Source: Candidatus Harrisonbacteria bacterium
Lineage (GTDB): Bacteria; Patescibacteriota; Minisyncoccia; UBA6257; 02-FULL-45-10c
DNA length: 64,000 nt
Assembly (NCBI GenBank): GCA_016214655.1
Contig: JACROC010000005.1
Location: 67,078-131,077 of the forward strand
Direction: 5' to 3'
Under the pieces are notes generated by a model. It worked only from the letters and a program-made list of their open reading frames with translations. It was not told where the DNA came from and made no database searches. Of this stretch, positions 29,519-39,467 are shown piece after piece; the first letter of the stretch is position 1, and every line of letters starts with the position of its first letter. Position numbers and translations under genes: made by a program.

Positions 29519-29969
29519 ATCTCATCCTGAATTTATATTCTTTAAATCCGGCGCTTTTCCAGAATCTTATTCCGGCTTCGTTTCTGACGTCTACGCTAAG
29601 CTCAATGTTTTTAGCTTTTTTTATTTCAAACCATTTTAAAGCTTCATTTAAAAGCTGTCTGGCAATTCCCCGCTTACGATACTTTTCTGAAACAAAAGCA
29701 TCATAAATAATTCCGATTTTTTTTACGATCGCATAATCTGGCGCCCTTTCCACCCCGGCCCTCAAATAGCCGACCAACTTCCCGTTATCTTCCGCTACCA
29801 AACTCCTGGTGTCTTTATCGTTCAGCCAAAATTTCACGTCCTCCTCCAAAGTTTTATATTCGGAAAATGCTTTATAATATCCATCAATTTCATGGTGGTA
29901 ATCCACCATGCCTTCAATTAAATTCAATAATCCAAGTAAATCTGATTTTTGTAAATTTCTTATAATCAT
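29508..29969 (-). CDS. GNAT acetyltransferase
   Basis: FVSEKYRKRGIA, N..GIRFW..GF; start moved to MIIRNL. Confidence 0.85.
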   Translation of the reverse strand: MIIRNLQKSDLLGLLNLIEGMVDYHHEIDGYYKAFSEYKTLEEDVKFWLNDKDTRSLVAEDNGKLVGYLRAGVERAPDYAIVKKIGIIYDAFVSEKYRKRGIARQLLNEALKWFEIKKAKNIELSVDVRNEAGIRFWKSAGFKEYKFRMRFDL

Positions 29970-30035
29970 ATAGGATTGACTATAGCAAAAATTTGTTATA
30001 AAATATAGGCGGTTCTTAAAAACTAAAAATGCAGT

Positions 30036-31157
30036 ATGAAAAGAGCAGTTTACGCCGGCAGTTTTGATCCGCCCACCATCGGCCATCTCTGGATGATAGA
30101 GCAGGGAGCCAAACTTTTTGACGAATTAATAGTAGCCCTCGGAACTAATGCGGATAAAAAATACGCTTTTACGGAACAAGAGAGATTGGCTATGCTTGGC
30201 AAATGTACGGCCCATTTATCGAATGTCAAAGTGACATTTTTTGTTAATCAATTTTTAGTAAATTACGCGCGCTCCGCCGGAGCAACATACATTTTACGCG
30301 GTATTAGAAACGAAAGTGATTATGAATACGAAAAAGGAATGCGCTACATCAATAGCGATCTTGATCCTCAAATCACAGCCATATTTCTTATTCCGCCGCG
30401 AAAAATTGTAGAAATTAGTTCCAGTTTGGTAAAGGGATTGATCGGGCCAGAAGGCTGGGAGAAAATAATCGGAAAATTTGTTACTCCAGCCGTTCATCAA
30501 AAATTATTAGAGAAGTTTAGAGACTCAACGAACGAAGCGTCGTTAAAAAATCGGTGGTTAGCACTTTGCATGACAATAGGCGCCACTCAAGATACCGAAA
30601 AAATATTTGCTATTTTATCTCGTCTATATTCTGAAAAGGAACGCGCCTATCATAAATTTCTACATATTGAGGAATGTCTTAATGAGCTAGAAAATACGCG
30701 GGCATTATGTATGGATCCAAACACTTTAGAAATGGCCATCTGGTTTCACGATGCTATCTATAATCCACGCTTGAAAAATAACGAGGAACAAAGCGCTAAG
30801 CTGGCGTATGAAGCTACAAAGACGATGGGGCTTTCAGAAACATTTGCACAAAAAGTTGCTGACCTTGTTCGAACCACAATCCATAAAGCTGTTCCGACTG
30901 ATCCAGACGCTCAATTACTCACAGATATTGATTTATCTATTCTTGGAAAACTGGCGGCAGAATTTGATGAATATGAGAAGAAGATTCGTAAAGAATATAG
31001 CTGGGTTTCAGAAGACCAATTCCGCGCTGGCCGCACCGCTATTCTCCGATCTTTTCTTGCTCGTCCAAGCATCTACGCTACAGAATATTTCCGAAACAAG
31101 TATGAAAAACAAGCCCGCGAAAATCTGGCTAGGTCGCTTGCCAAACTTTCACCATAA
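30036..31157 (+). CDS. coaD: Phosphopantetheine adenylyltransferase fused to HD-domain phosphohydrolase
   Basis: N-half GSFDPPTIGH, RGIRN..DYEYE, ISSSLVK; C-half RAYH..HI, WFHDAIY, NEEQSA, DIDLSILG. Confidence 0.85.
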   Translation: MKRAVYAGSFDPPTIGHLWMIEQGAKLFDELIVALGTNADKKYAFTEQERLAMLGKCTAHLSNVKVTFFVNQFLVNYARSAGATYILRGIRNESDYEYEKGMRYINSDLDPQITAIFLIPPRKIVEISSSLVKGLIGPEGWEKIIGKFVTPAVHQKLLEKFRDSTNEASLKNRWLALCMTIGATQDTEKIFAILSRLYSEKERAYHKFLHIEECLNELENTRALCMDPNTLEMAIWFHDAIYNPRLKNNEEQSAKLAYEATKTMGLSETFAQKVADLVRTTIHKAVPTDPDAQLLTDIDLSILGKLAAEFDEYEKKIRKEYSWVSEDQFRAGRTAILRSFLARPSIYATEYFRNKYEKQARENLARSLAKLSP

Positions 31158-31209
31158 ACCAAAAACGCCCATTGGGCGTTTTTAAATTTCATTTAATTAT
31201 ACCAAGAAC

Positions 31210-31428
31210 TTAACTGATCTCTATAATTTTCTGCTTGGATTTCAAACCGGAAATTATTTCGATATTGGACTGTGCTACATGAAAATACTCCGCAACCGTT
31301 TTGATTATTGCCGAATTAGCCCTCCCCTCAATCGGCGATTCTTTTACTGATATTTTAAAATGATTTTCATCCAATTTTTCCACTTCATTCTTCTTGACTC
31401 CAGTTTTTATTTTCACAAAAATTTTCAT
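31210..31428 (-). CDS. DUF167 (YggU-like) protein
   Basis: P..GRAN, I.SG.KSK.K motif. Confidence 0.85.
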   Translation of the reverse strand: MKIFVKIKTGVKKNEVEKLDENHFKISVKESPIEGRANSAIIKTVAEYFHVAQSNIEIISGLKSKQKIIEIS

Positions 31429-32106
31429 TTAAAAAAGCAAATCTAATTCTTTTTGATTTAATTCGCGGGTTTGGCCGGGTTTTAATTTGCCAAGCATAAT
31501 ATGCCCAATACGGATCCTTTTTAGGGCTTCCACGGTATAACCAAGCTCTCCTAGCATCACGCGTATCTGGTGCCGCTTTCCTTCCCTCAACACAACCGAA
31601 AGCGTATACTCATTAATCATTTTGGTTTTTGCCGGAAGCATTCTGCCGAATGTTTCCGTACGCATTCCTTTTTGAAAGATAGCAGGAATGCCTTTTCTCA
31701 ATTTCTCCCGGGTATTTACAATATATTCTTTTTCGAATTTCTCTTCACTGCCTAAAATTTTAGATGTAACCCGGCCGTCATTAGTTAAAATTAAAAGCCC
31801 TTCGGATTCCTTATCCAGCCTGCCAATCGGAAATAGTCCTCTTTCCCGCCATTCGGCAATCACGCTTTCTGATCCTTCCTGTATTTGCGTTGCCAAACCC
31901 CGCGGCTTGTAATAAGCAAGATATTCGTAAGTTTTTTTATTTTCTCCGCGCAATTCCACCTTATCCTTTCCAAGGATTTGCATACCCGGTTCAGCGCGTT
32001 TGCCATTCACCAAAACCTTACCGGCTAAAATAAGCTTATCTGCCTCCCTTCGCGAAGCCAGGCCTTTATCGCGCAAATATTTATTAATCCGAATTGGATA
32101 TTCCAT
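31429..32106 (-). CDS. RsuA/RluB/RluF-family pseudouridine synthase
   Basis: S4 domain (SRREAD), GRLDKESEGLLILTNDG, EGKRHQIR. Confidence 0.93.
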   Translation of the reverse strand: MEYPIRINKYLRDKGLASRREADKLILAGKVLVNGKRAEPGMQILGKDKVELRGENKKTYEYLAYYKPRGLATQIQEGSESVIAEWRERGLFPIGRLDKESEGLLILTNDGRVTSKILGSEEKFEKEYIVNTREKLRKGIPAIFQKGMRTETFGRMLPAKTKMINEYTLSVVLREGKRHQIRVMLGELGYTVEALKRIRIGHIMLGKLKPGQTRELNQKELDLLF

Positions 32107-32115
32107 TGAATTACA

Positions 32116-34308
32116 TCAACTAAGCGGCATTTGAAACCAAAAAGTGCTTCCTTTCCCCTCTTCTGATTCAAAACCTATTTTGCCGTCATGCTGTTCAATA
32201 AAATATTTAGCCAGCGAAAGTCCGATCCCGGATGCATCTGTTTTCATTGTATAAGCATTAGTAGCACGGAAAAATCTGGAAAAAATCCGCGGCTGTTCAG
32301 CCGTTGGAATCCCAATACCGGTATCAATGATCTCAAATCTAATTTCGGAATCCCCGGCCTGCATCTTTACGGTAATTTTTCCTTTATTCGGAGTATAGGT
32401 CACGGCATTATCTAATAACTGTTCCAATGCTTTACGCATCTTTTCCCCGTCGCAATTTACCGGCGGAAGTTCTTTTTGGGGATCTATATATTGAAATTCC
32501 AGCTCTTTAAGATTAATCCTATTTTTAAATTCGCCCATTACCGATTTCCAGATGCTATCCAGTGAAATTTCTTCCTTTTTAAATGTAATTCTTCCCTCCT
32601 CAACGTCCATTACGGTTAATATATCGTCAAGCCGCTTTAAAACTTCAATATTAGCTTCATAAGGAATTTTTAAGAAATTTCTCTGTTCGTCCTTTAATTT
32701 TCCGATATCTCCTGCTAATAGCGTCTCAATACTCCAGCGCATAGAGTTCAATGGCGTACGGAGCTGATGCGACATTAATTGAATGAATTTATTCCGCAAA
32801 TCGTTCAGCTCTTTAACGCGTTTATCGGCATGCGCTTTTTCTGTGGCATCGCTCGAATAAATCATGACAACTTTTACCCGTCCGGCCCCATCTTTAATCG
32901 GAGAAAAAATACTTAAACACCAGCCGTGCATAGAACCTTCCGGTGTATGGGCAAATTCTATTATTCCGCGTTCTCCACGCAAAGCATTCTTATACATTTT
33001 TTGCACTGCCTCACGAAATCCGCTTTCAATAGTTTTTATCCAATCCCATTGCAAAATATCCGCCCCCTCTTTAATAAAATGCTCATCCCTTCCGTATTTA
33101 TTCAGAAAAATTACCCGGCCTTCGCTATTGACAATCTTTATACAAATCGGGACAGTTTCAATAAGATTGCGATATTTTTCCTCACTTCTTAAAAGCTCCC
33201 CCGTTCTCTTAAGCACCATTTGTTCAAGATTATCATATGCCTCCTTCAGCTTTTGTGACATTAAGTTAAAAGATTCTGTGAATTTTCCTCGTTCATCACT
33301 TGATGATACCTGCAAGGTAATACTGTACTCACCTTTTTGTATTCTTACGGCCGCACTATACCAATCTTTTATCTGATTGTTGATTCTTCTGCCTAGAAAG
33401 TAAGATATTATGCCAACAATTAATAAGTCTAATATAGTAAAGATCATTACCCTATTACGCAAATTCAAAATTGGAGCTAAAAGCACATTCTTGTCTCCGG
33501 AAATAATAATCCCCCAGTTATTTCCCGGAAAATCCCTGAATCCAGTGCCATTTGCAAACCCGCTGAATACCACTTCCTTATGCGGAGAATAGAATTCCTC
33601 AATAAATCCGCTTTTGCCCTCTAAAACCATATTCACTGACGGAATATCCGGGGCTTTCTCTTTTAAAATTTTATCTTTAAAATATTCATCGGTGGAAAAA
33701 ATAACATTACGATTTTTATCAATTAATAATGCATGAGTTCCTTCCTCAATTATTACTTTATCTAAAAGGGCCTGAATATCCTCGGCAATGTAGCGCATAA
33801 CCAAAACACCCCAAGGCTTGCCTCTTGTATTAAGTACCGGTGCGGCAAAATAAATGATTGGTATATTAAGGTCCTCGGCAATCCTAATATCCCGTCCCGC
33901 ACTTATCTTTCCGGCCAATGCATCCTCCCAGTACGGGGTCAACTCATGCTGTTTCCCAACATCTTTATCCTTAGTATCAACCAACCTGACTCTGTCCATA
34001 TTGAAAAAAGACAAAGAGGCATAACCGGCTTTATTTTGATACGCAAGCAAAATATTCTTTATATCTTCTAAGCTGCTGGACTCGTCCTTTAGCACCAAAC
34101 TTTCCTTTAAGCGTAAAAGGTCGTGGTAATTGTTGTACATGATCGTTTCGATCATGGCCATCACGGTTTTTGAGTCATTCTGTAAATGATGTTCAGTGTC
34201 CTGTTTAATAGCAGATTCTCCGGCCTGTTCGCCTAAATAACTAATGCCGATAACCGGCACTAGTGAAATAACAATTAAAAGTAAAATAATTTTATAAATC
34301 AGCTTCAT
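32116..34308 (-). CDS. Sensor histidine kinase (Cache-HAMP-PAS-HisKA-HATPase)
   Basis: Two TMs, SHQLRTPL H-box, NAVTY, DTGIGI, GIGLSL, GKGSTF. Confidence 0.93.
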   Translation of the reverse strand: MKLIYKIILLLIVISLVPVIGISYLGEQAGESAIKQDTEHHLQNDSKTVMAMIETIMYNNYHDLLRLKESLVLKDESSSLEDIKNILLAYQNKAGYASLSFFNMDRVRLVDTKDKDVGKQHELTPYWEDALAGKISAGRDIRIAEDLNIPIIYFAAPVLNTRGKPWGVLVMRYIAEDIQALLDKVIIEEGTHALLIDKNRNVIFSTDEYFKDKILKEKAPDIPSVNMVLEGKSGFIEEFYSPHKEVVFSGFANGTGFRDFPGNNWGIIISGDKNVLLAPILNLRNRVMIFTILDLLIVGIISYFLGRRINNQIKDWYSAAVRIQKGEYSITLQVSSSDERGKFTESFNLMSQKLKEAYDNLEQMVLKRTGELLRSEEKYRNLIETVPICIKIVNSEGRVIFLNKYGRDEHFIKEGADILQWDWIKTIESGFREAVQKMYKNALRGERGIIEFAHTPEGSMHGWCLSIFSPIKDGAGRVKVVMIYSSDATEKAHADKRVKELNDLRNKFIQLMSHQLRTPLNSMRWSIETLLAGDIGKLKDEQRNFLKIPYEANIEVLKRLDDILTVMDVEEGRITFKKEEISLDSIWKSVMGEFKNRINLKELEFQYIDPQKELPPVNCDGEKMRKALEQLLDNAVTYTPNKGKITVKMQAGDSEIRFEIIDTGIGIPTAEQPRIFSRFFRATNAYTMKTDASGIGLSLAKYFIEQHDGKIGFESEEGKGSTFWFQMPLS

Positions 34309-34316
34309 AAAAATAT

Positions 34317-35006
34317 CTATTCAACTATTTTTCTTTTTTCCAGCCACTCGCAGCGTTTGCAGAAATTATTAGGGCCAGGAAATGGGCCGTTTAAAAGATC
34401 AATCATTTCTTTCATTTTTTTAGGAAACTCTGCAAGATCAATTGCAACTTCATCGGCATGAAAATTCAGGTCCATCGACATTGAAGGATCTTCCCTGTCT
34501 TTCGTGTAATAATGAAGCAAATATGCTTTATTCCCTACCTCATACCCACGATTGGCGAACATCCAGGCATAAGCCGCCAGCTGTAAACGGTAATATTTCT
34601 GCTTGTCTTCTTTTGGAGGATCGCCGGAAGATTTATAATCAGCCGGAATAAATTCGTTATTCTTGCCGAGAAAAAGTTCATCAATTTTGCCATCAAGTAC
34701 GTATCCCAATTTTTCATCTATATACCGGAGCGCAGTCTTGTTATTGCGCCATTCTTCCAATTGGACTAAATCCGGAAAAAGACGGATTCCTTTAACTTCT
34801 GCGGCAAGTTCCGGCGGCAACCCGCCTTTTGCGCGAAATAAATCATACCGGGACTTAAGCCGCGAATCCATTGCGTCATTAAGGCGGAGCGGCAAAGTAA
34901 ACGGATGGCTGCCGATATGATTTTCCGCCCAAAAACAGCTTGGGCAATCCACAAAGCTGTACAACTTGCTGGGGCTCAATTTCCAGAATCCTTCATTATT
35001 TCGCAT
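34317..35006 (-). CDS. PD-(D/E)XK nuclease (Cas4/AddB-like superfamily)
   Basis: LSPS..CP.CFW, GKID, DYKS, QL..Y, C-terminal CxxC. Confidence 0.8.
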   Translation of the reverse strand: MRNNEGFWKLSPSKLYSFVDCPSCFWAENHIGSHPFTLPLRLNDAMDSRLKSRYDLFRAKGGLPPELAAEVKGIRLFPDLVQLEEWRNNKTALRYIDEKLGYVLDGKIDELFLGKNNEFIPADYKSSGDPPKEDKQKYYRLQLAAYAWMFANRGYEVGNKAYLLHYYTKDREDPSMSMDLNFHADEVAIDLAEFPKKMKEMIDLLNGPFPGPNNFCKRCEWLEKRKIVE

Positions 35007-35068
35007 ATCTTTTTTATTTTAGCATAAACAAAAACAAAAAACCGCTGATAATCAGCGGCAATCGGCCA

Positions 35069-35269
35069 TCAAGGCCTCGGACAAGGTTCTACTCGATCCA
35101 TAACATATACGTGATATTCCGTAGTCTCCGGATCACGATCGTGCAAGAGCTTTTCATACTTGCATCCGTTAGTGCATCCCACTTCATCAATTTCTCCTTG
35201 GCATTCTTTACAGATTAATTTCCGTAATTCTTTCCTAAGACTTTTCTTGAGGTTTGGCTTTTTGGCCAT
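35069..35269 (-). CDS. Small Cys-rich hypothetical protein
   Basis: 66 aa, CKEC and CTNGC; followed by hairpin. Confidence 0.55.
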   Translation of the reverse strand: MAKKPNLKKSLRKELRKLICKECQGEIDEVGCTNGCKYEKLLHDRDPETTEYHVYVMDRVEPCPRP

Positions 35270-35332
35270 TTAATATCTCCGATTTTCAAATCGTCTGAAT
35301 AAAATAATAACACTGTAATTTAGAACAAACAA

Positions 35333-36112
35333 CTATTGCACAATCCTTCCGCCGAAATAAGTTCCGGTTGATCTCCGTTTTTCCTCATTTTTGTAGCAAG
35401 TAAGTCCGGTAAAATTTCCGCTCATGGTATTGCTGGTTATAGCGCCAGAAAAACCTATTCCGGAAGCGCCGCCGCTTCTTACGCTCCAATTGGCTGTATC
35501 ACCGGAACGCGATCCGCCCACAGATCCGCTTACACCCGCATCCGCGCTAAATTCCCCGCTGATAACTCCGCCGTTTTCTGATAAAAACGCCTGCCATCCG
35601 CCAGTTTCACCCTTGCATTCCGGAGGCGCAGTAACAGTATATTGGCCATGCCATTCTCCGGTAGCTGTTACTGGCTTAGGCGCAGGAGCAGGTGCCGGAG
35701 CCGGCTGAACTATAGGAGTACCATATCTTGAGTCTGTACTTACAGGTTCTTTTGGCAATTCTAACGGTTTTTCCTCAACTGGCCGCGCTGGAAATGGATT
35801 ATTTACCGTGGGCTGAATTTCCTCCACTGGAGCAGGGGCTTTTTTAAAAAAATCCGAAATTTCTTCCTTAAAAGCGACACCCATCCAGCCGGTCATTATA
35901 GCTAAGAGTCCGAGCGCAATTAAAATCTCCATTCCCGTAAATCCACCCTCCTGATCTTTTTCTTCGTCTTCAGTATTATGGCTGCCATCGGCGCAACCAC
36001 ATTCCCTTAAAGATTTGCCGTGATCCGGGCAATCTTCTGCCTGGCAAACTCCGGACTTATCCGACAACCCCTCGCACCCGCCGGTACAAACATAATGTTT
36101 ATTATTTTTCAT
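35333..36112 (-). CDS. Prepilin-motif protein with Cys-rich N-terminal extension
   Basis: Cys/His-rich first ~45 aa, then G-FTGME-ILIALGLLAI, Pro-rich linker, beta-rich C-domain. Confidence 0.65.
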   Translation of the reverse strand: MKNNKHYVCTGGCEGLSDKSGVCQAEDCPDHGKSLRECGCADGSHNTEDEEKDQEGGFTGMEILIALGLLAIMTGWMGVAFKEEISDFFKKAPAPVEEIQPTVNNPFPARPVEEKPLELPKEPVSTDSRYGTPIVQPAPAPAPAPKPVTATGEWHGQYTVTAPPECKGETGGWQAFLSENGGVISGEFSADAGVSGSVGGSRSGDTANWSVRSGGASGIGFSGAITSNTMSGNFTGLTCYKNEEKRRSTGTYFGGRIVQ

Positions 36113-36192
36113 AAATTTATTTATAAATATATTATAGCATAAATTAAAAAACCGCCCTGACATTATATCGGGGCGATTTTTCTTAGTGGCGT

Positions 36193-36390
36193 TTATGCAC
36201 GCTCTACGTTAGTAGCAGCCGGGCCTTTTTCGCTTTGAGTGACCTCAAAAGTGACTTCGTCGCCAACTTTTAATTCATCAAATGCCACGCCCTTCAATTC
36301 TTTAGAATGGAAGAAGAGATCCTTTGTTTCGCCTTCGCGAGAAATGAATCCGAATCCCCGATCCGTAAGAGTTTTGATTGTTCCTTTCAT
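36193..36390 (-). CDS. csp: Cold-shock protein
   Basis: RNP-1 RGFGFI, RNP-2 LFFH, KGPAA.NV. Confidence 0.97.
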   Translation of the reverse strand: MKGTIKTLTDRGFGFISREGETKDLFFHSKELKGVAFDELKVGDEVTFEVTQSEKGPAATNVERA

Positions 36391-36509
36391 ATAATATTTA
36401 TAATTACTTTTTGCGATAAATTCGACTAGGTTTTCGTGTCTTATTTGCTTGAAGATAATACTATACTATAATTTATAGTTTGTCAAGTCCCCAGTACATA
36501 CGCGTATTT

Positions 36510-37265
36510 TTACGCCGCAAGCCAGCCGCCATCCACATAAAATGTGGCGCCAGTCACATAACTTGATTCTTCAGAAGCTAAAAATATCACCATTGCCGAT
36601 ACTTCTTCCGGTCTGCCGATACGCTTCAATGGAACACGGGTTTTAATTTCATTTGCCACTTCTTCAGTAACTTGTCCCACCATCGGCGTTTGAATAGCTC
36701 CCGGTGCAATCACGTTCACCGTAATGCCAAGCGGCGCCCACTCTATTGCCATCGTTTCACTCATTCCAATTATTCCGCCTTTAGACGCGGCATAATGGGC
36801 TGCGCCTTCAAAACCGATACCAACTCCGCCAGAAGCGATCGAGGCTATATTTATAATTCTGCCCCATTTTTGTTTTGCCATTTCCTGGGCCGCGCGCTGG
36901 GCGCATAAAAATTCTCCCTTCAAATTAATCGCAATGGTTTTATCCCAGTCTTTTTCAGACATTTCCAGCGCCGGTTTCGGATCAAAAATTCCGGCATTGT
37001 TCACTAAAATATCCAGCCGCCCAAACTGCCGCAACACTTCGTTAAAAACGCCGTCAACTTCTGATTTATCTGATACATCCATCTTAAAACAAACTCCCAG
37101 GCCGCCGCCTCCTTTTATTTTATCAACCACCGACTGGCATTCCGCCAAATCAACATCAGTTACCACAACCGTTGCTCCCTGCTTTGCAAGCGTAAGCGCA
37201 TGAGAGCGGCCCATACCGCGCCTCCCGCCAGTAACCAACGCAATTTTTCCTTTTAGATCAAACAT
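36510..37265 (-). CDS. Short-chain dehydrogenase/reductase (FabG-like)
   Basis: TGGRRGMG, NNAG, YAASK, VDGG. Confidence 0.93.
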   Translation of the reverse strand: MFDLKGKIALVTGGRRGMGRSHALTLAKQGATVVVTDVDLAECQSVVDKIKGGGGLGVCFKMDVSDKSEVDGVFNEVLRQFGRLDILVNNAGIFDPKPALEMSEKDWDKTIAINLKGEFLCAQRAAQEMAKQKWGRIINIASIASGGVGIGFEGAAHYAASKGGIIGMSETMAIEWAPLGITVNVIAPGAIQTPMVGQVTEEVANEIKTRVPLKRIGRPEEVSAMVIFLASEESSYVTGATFYVDGGWLAA

Positions 37266-37299
37266 TATTTATAAGTTTATTATATTTTAATAAATTATT

Positions 37300-38448
37300 C
37301 TACTCTTTAGGAGTAAAATATTTTTTACCTTTCAGTTTTTCCGGCAGAAGTTCGTCCTTGGTATATTTTTCATATCCCTTTCCGTATCCCAAATTTTTCA
37401 TCAGTTTAGTGGGTGCGTTCCTGATTTTCATCGGCACCGGAAGATTGCCCAATTTCTCCGCATCCTCCATCGCCAGCAGATATGCTTCATAAGCGCTCCT
37501 GTCTTTTTTGGCAAGCGACAGATAAACCACCCCGTGCGCGAGGTTAATGCCGCATTCAGGCATACCAATGATATCCACTGCCTGAAATACTTCATTAGCA
37601 ACTACCAGCGCCGTTGGCTGAGCCATCCCGATATCTTCGCTGGCAAATATCACCATGCGCCGGGCAACAAACTTCGGATCTTCTCCGGCTTTCAGCATCC
37701 GGGACAGATAATAAAGCGCCGCATCCGGCTGGCTAGCCCGCATGCTTTTAATGAATGCACTGATGAGATTGTAGTGCTCCTCGCCTTTTTTATCATAACG
37801 CAAAAATTTAGACTGGAGAGTATTTTTCAGATTCTTGAGATTAATCTTTTTATATAGTCCGTAAGTATTTTCCAGCATGGCAATCGCCTGCCGGGCATCG
37901 CCATTAGCCATCGCCACCAGCCATTCCACGGATTCTTTATCCATCGGATAACCGGCCCGCTTGATTATCTTTTCCATATCCGCCGCCGGCAATTCATTAA
38001 GCACAAAAACCCGGCACCTGGAAAGCAAAGCCGGAATCACTTCAAAGCTCGGATTTTCAGTAGTCGCGCCGATCAGCGTCAGTTCGCCGCGCTCCACAAA
38101 AGGCAACAGAAAATCCTGCTGGGCTTTATTGAAGCGGTGAATTTCATCCAAAAATAAAACTTTCGGCTTGCCCCGCACCGAACCCATAAAACCATCCTCA
38201 ATAATGCGCCGGATATCATCCTTACCGGCCGAAACCGCAGAAAGCTCATACATCTCCGCATCCAGGCTTTTGGCATAAATTCTCGCTAAAGTTGTTTTGC
38301 CGCATCCCGGCGGACCCCAAAGGATAAAAGAAAAAAGATGCTTCTTTTCAATGGCAGTCCTAAGCGGACCACCCTTGCCGGCCAAATGTTCCTGGCCGAT
38401 AAAATCCTTTAAGGTTAAAGGCCGTATTTTTGAAGCCAATGGTTCCAT
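37300..38448 (-). CDS. rarA: Replication-associated recombination protein A
   Basis: [44 protein letters not shown]. Confidence 0.96.
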   Translation of the reverse strand: MEPLASKIRPLTLKDFIGQEHLAGKGGPLRTAIEKKHLFSFILWGPPGCGKTTLARIYAKSLDAEMYELSAVSAGKDDIRRIIEDGFMGSVRGKPKVLFLDEIHRFNKAQQDFLLPFVERGELTLIGATTENPSFEVIPALLSRCRVFVLNELPAADMEKIIKRAGYPMDKESVEWLVAMANGDARQAIAMLENTYGLYKKINLKNLKNTLQSKFLRYDKKGEEHYNLISAFIKSMRASQPDAALYYLSRMLKAGEDPKFVARRMVIFASEDIGMAQPTALVVANEVFQAVDIIGMPECGINLAHGVVYLSLAKKDRSAYEAYLLAMEDAEKLGNLPVPMKIRNAPTKLMKNLGYGKGYEKYTKDELLPEKLKGKKYFTPKE

Positions 38449-38514
38449 GCTAATAAAATAAAACTGCTATCAGAATTTGCATTATGCATTTTTTGCACAT
38501 TGCTTTTTATTCAA

Positions 38515-39174
38515 TTAATTAAGAAAGCTCGGCTTTTTAATGACCTGAACTACCTTCCCGTTGATCATAAAATTATCATTCGGGTGGATATAGATCGGCG
38601 GAAAATCTTTGGTAGATTCAGACATCAGCACCACCTGGTTATTATTTTTATCCAGATAAAATTTCTTGATGTTCGCCATGCCATCAATAATGGAAAGCAC
38701 AATGTCTCCGGTTTTGACGTTCTTATCGTCTACATTCACAACCACATAATCCCCGTCTTCAATATTTTTCCCGCCGATTTTCGCCCGGTTCATACTGGGA
38801 CCGACTACTTTCAGGGCAAAAAGACGGCTCTCCTTAGCTTTTGCCGGCGCAAGCAATGAACTGGAAATCCTTAAAAATCCTTCAATATTAGTTTCGGCAA
38901 AAATCGTCGCTGGTCCGGCATTTACCGATCCTAAAATAGGAATAGTAAGGAGCTTGCCGTTGCCGGACATAGTTTCCCATTCCTGCCTGATTTTCTTGAT
39001 CATTCCCTTAGCTTTATTAATTTTAATAAGCCCCTTAGCTTGGAGCTGTAAAAGATGATGTTTAACTTTCTGCGGAGAATCCACTCCGATAAACGACCCT
39101 ATTTCTCTCAAGGTATGCTGGCCCAAGTTTTTCTCCTGGGCGACTTTTAATAATTGTTCTTGTATTTTATGCAT
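38515..39174 (-). CDS. lexA: LexA-type repressor
   Basis: wHTH (TLREIG..V.HHL..L..KG), AG cleavage site (VNAGP), Ser (GPSM) and Lys (IKKF); upstream of rarA. Confidence 0.85.
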   Translation of the reverse strand: MHKIQEQLLKVAQEKNLGQHTLREIGSFIGVDSPQKVKHHLLQLQAKGLIKINKAKGMIKKIRQEWETMSGNGKLLTIPILGSVNAGPATIFAETNIEGFLRISSSLLAPAKAKESRLFALKVVGPSMNRAKIGGKNIEDGDYVVVNVDDKNVKTGDIVLSIIDGMANIKKFYLDKNNNQVVLMSESTKDFPPIYIHPNDNFMINGKVVQVIKKPSFLN

Positions 39175-39175
39175 A

Positions 39176-39467
39176 CCCGGTGCTACAACTTCGATTGGTA
39201 ATAGATTTTAAGCCGTTTAGCTAAAAACCTGCGACCTCTCGTAGTTTTTAAATATTCTTCGCGCCTTTCCGCGTCTTGTTGATTGACGCAAGCTTCAAAA
39301 TAAATAAGTTTCATAGGTAATCGTGGTTTAGTAGAAAATGATTTACCTTGATTATGTTCTTCTATCCTGCGCTTCAAATTATTGGTGTAACCGACATACC
39401 TTTGCTTATCATATAAACTTTCTAATACGCAAACGTAGAAGAACATAATCGAAGTTGTAGCACCGGG
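39176..39467. mobile_element. 292-bp TIR-bounded element carrying only a GIY-YIG ORF
   Basis: Perfect 21-bp IRs at 39176-39196 and 39447-39467; CATA direct repeat at 39172-39175 and 39468-39471. Confidence 0.75.
39183..39446 (-). CDS. GIY-YIG nuclease (start 39446, or in-frame 39470)
   Basis: FYVCVL..YVGYT..RR..EHNQG..STK.R.P..LIYFE..RE.YLK; stop codon lies inside the left IR. Confidence 0.9.
   Translation of the reverse strand: MFFYVCVLESLYDKQRYVGYTNNLKRRIEEHNQGKSFSTKPRLPMKLIYFEACVNQQDAERREEYLKTTRGRRFLAKRLKIYYQSKL

Noticed and set aside
34317-35006. Cas4 of a CRISPR system
   Set aside because: Solo PD-(D/E)XK nuclease with no cas1/cas2 or array nearby
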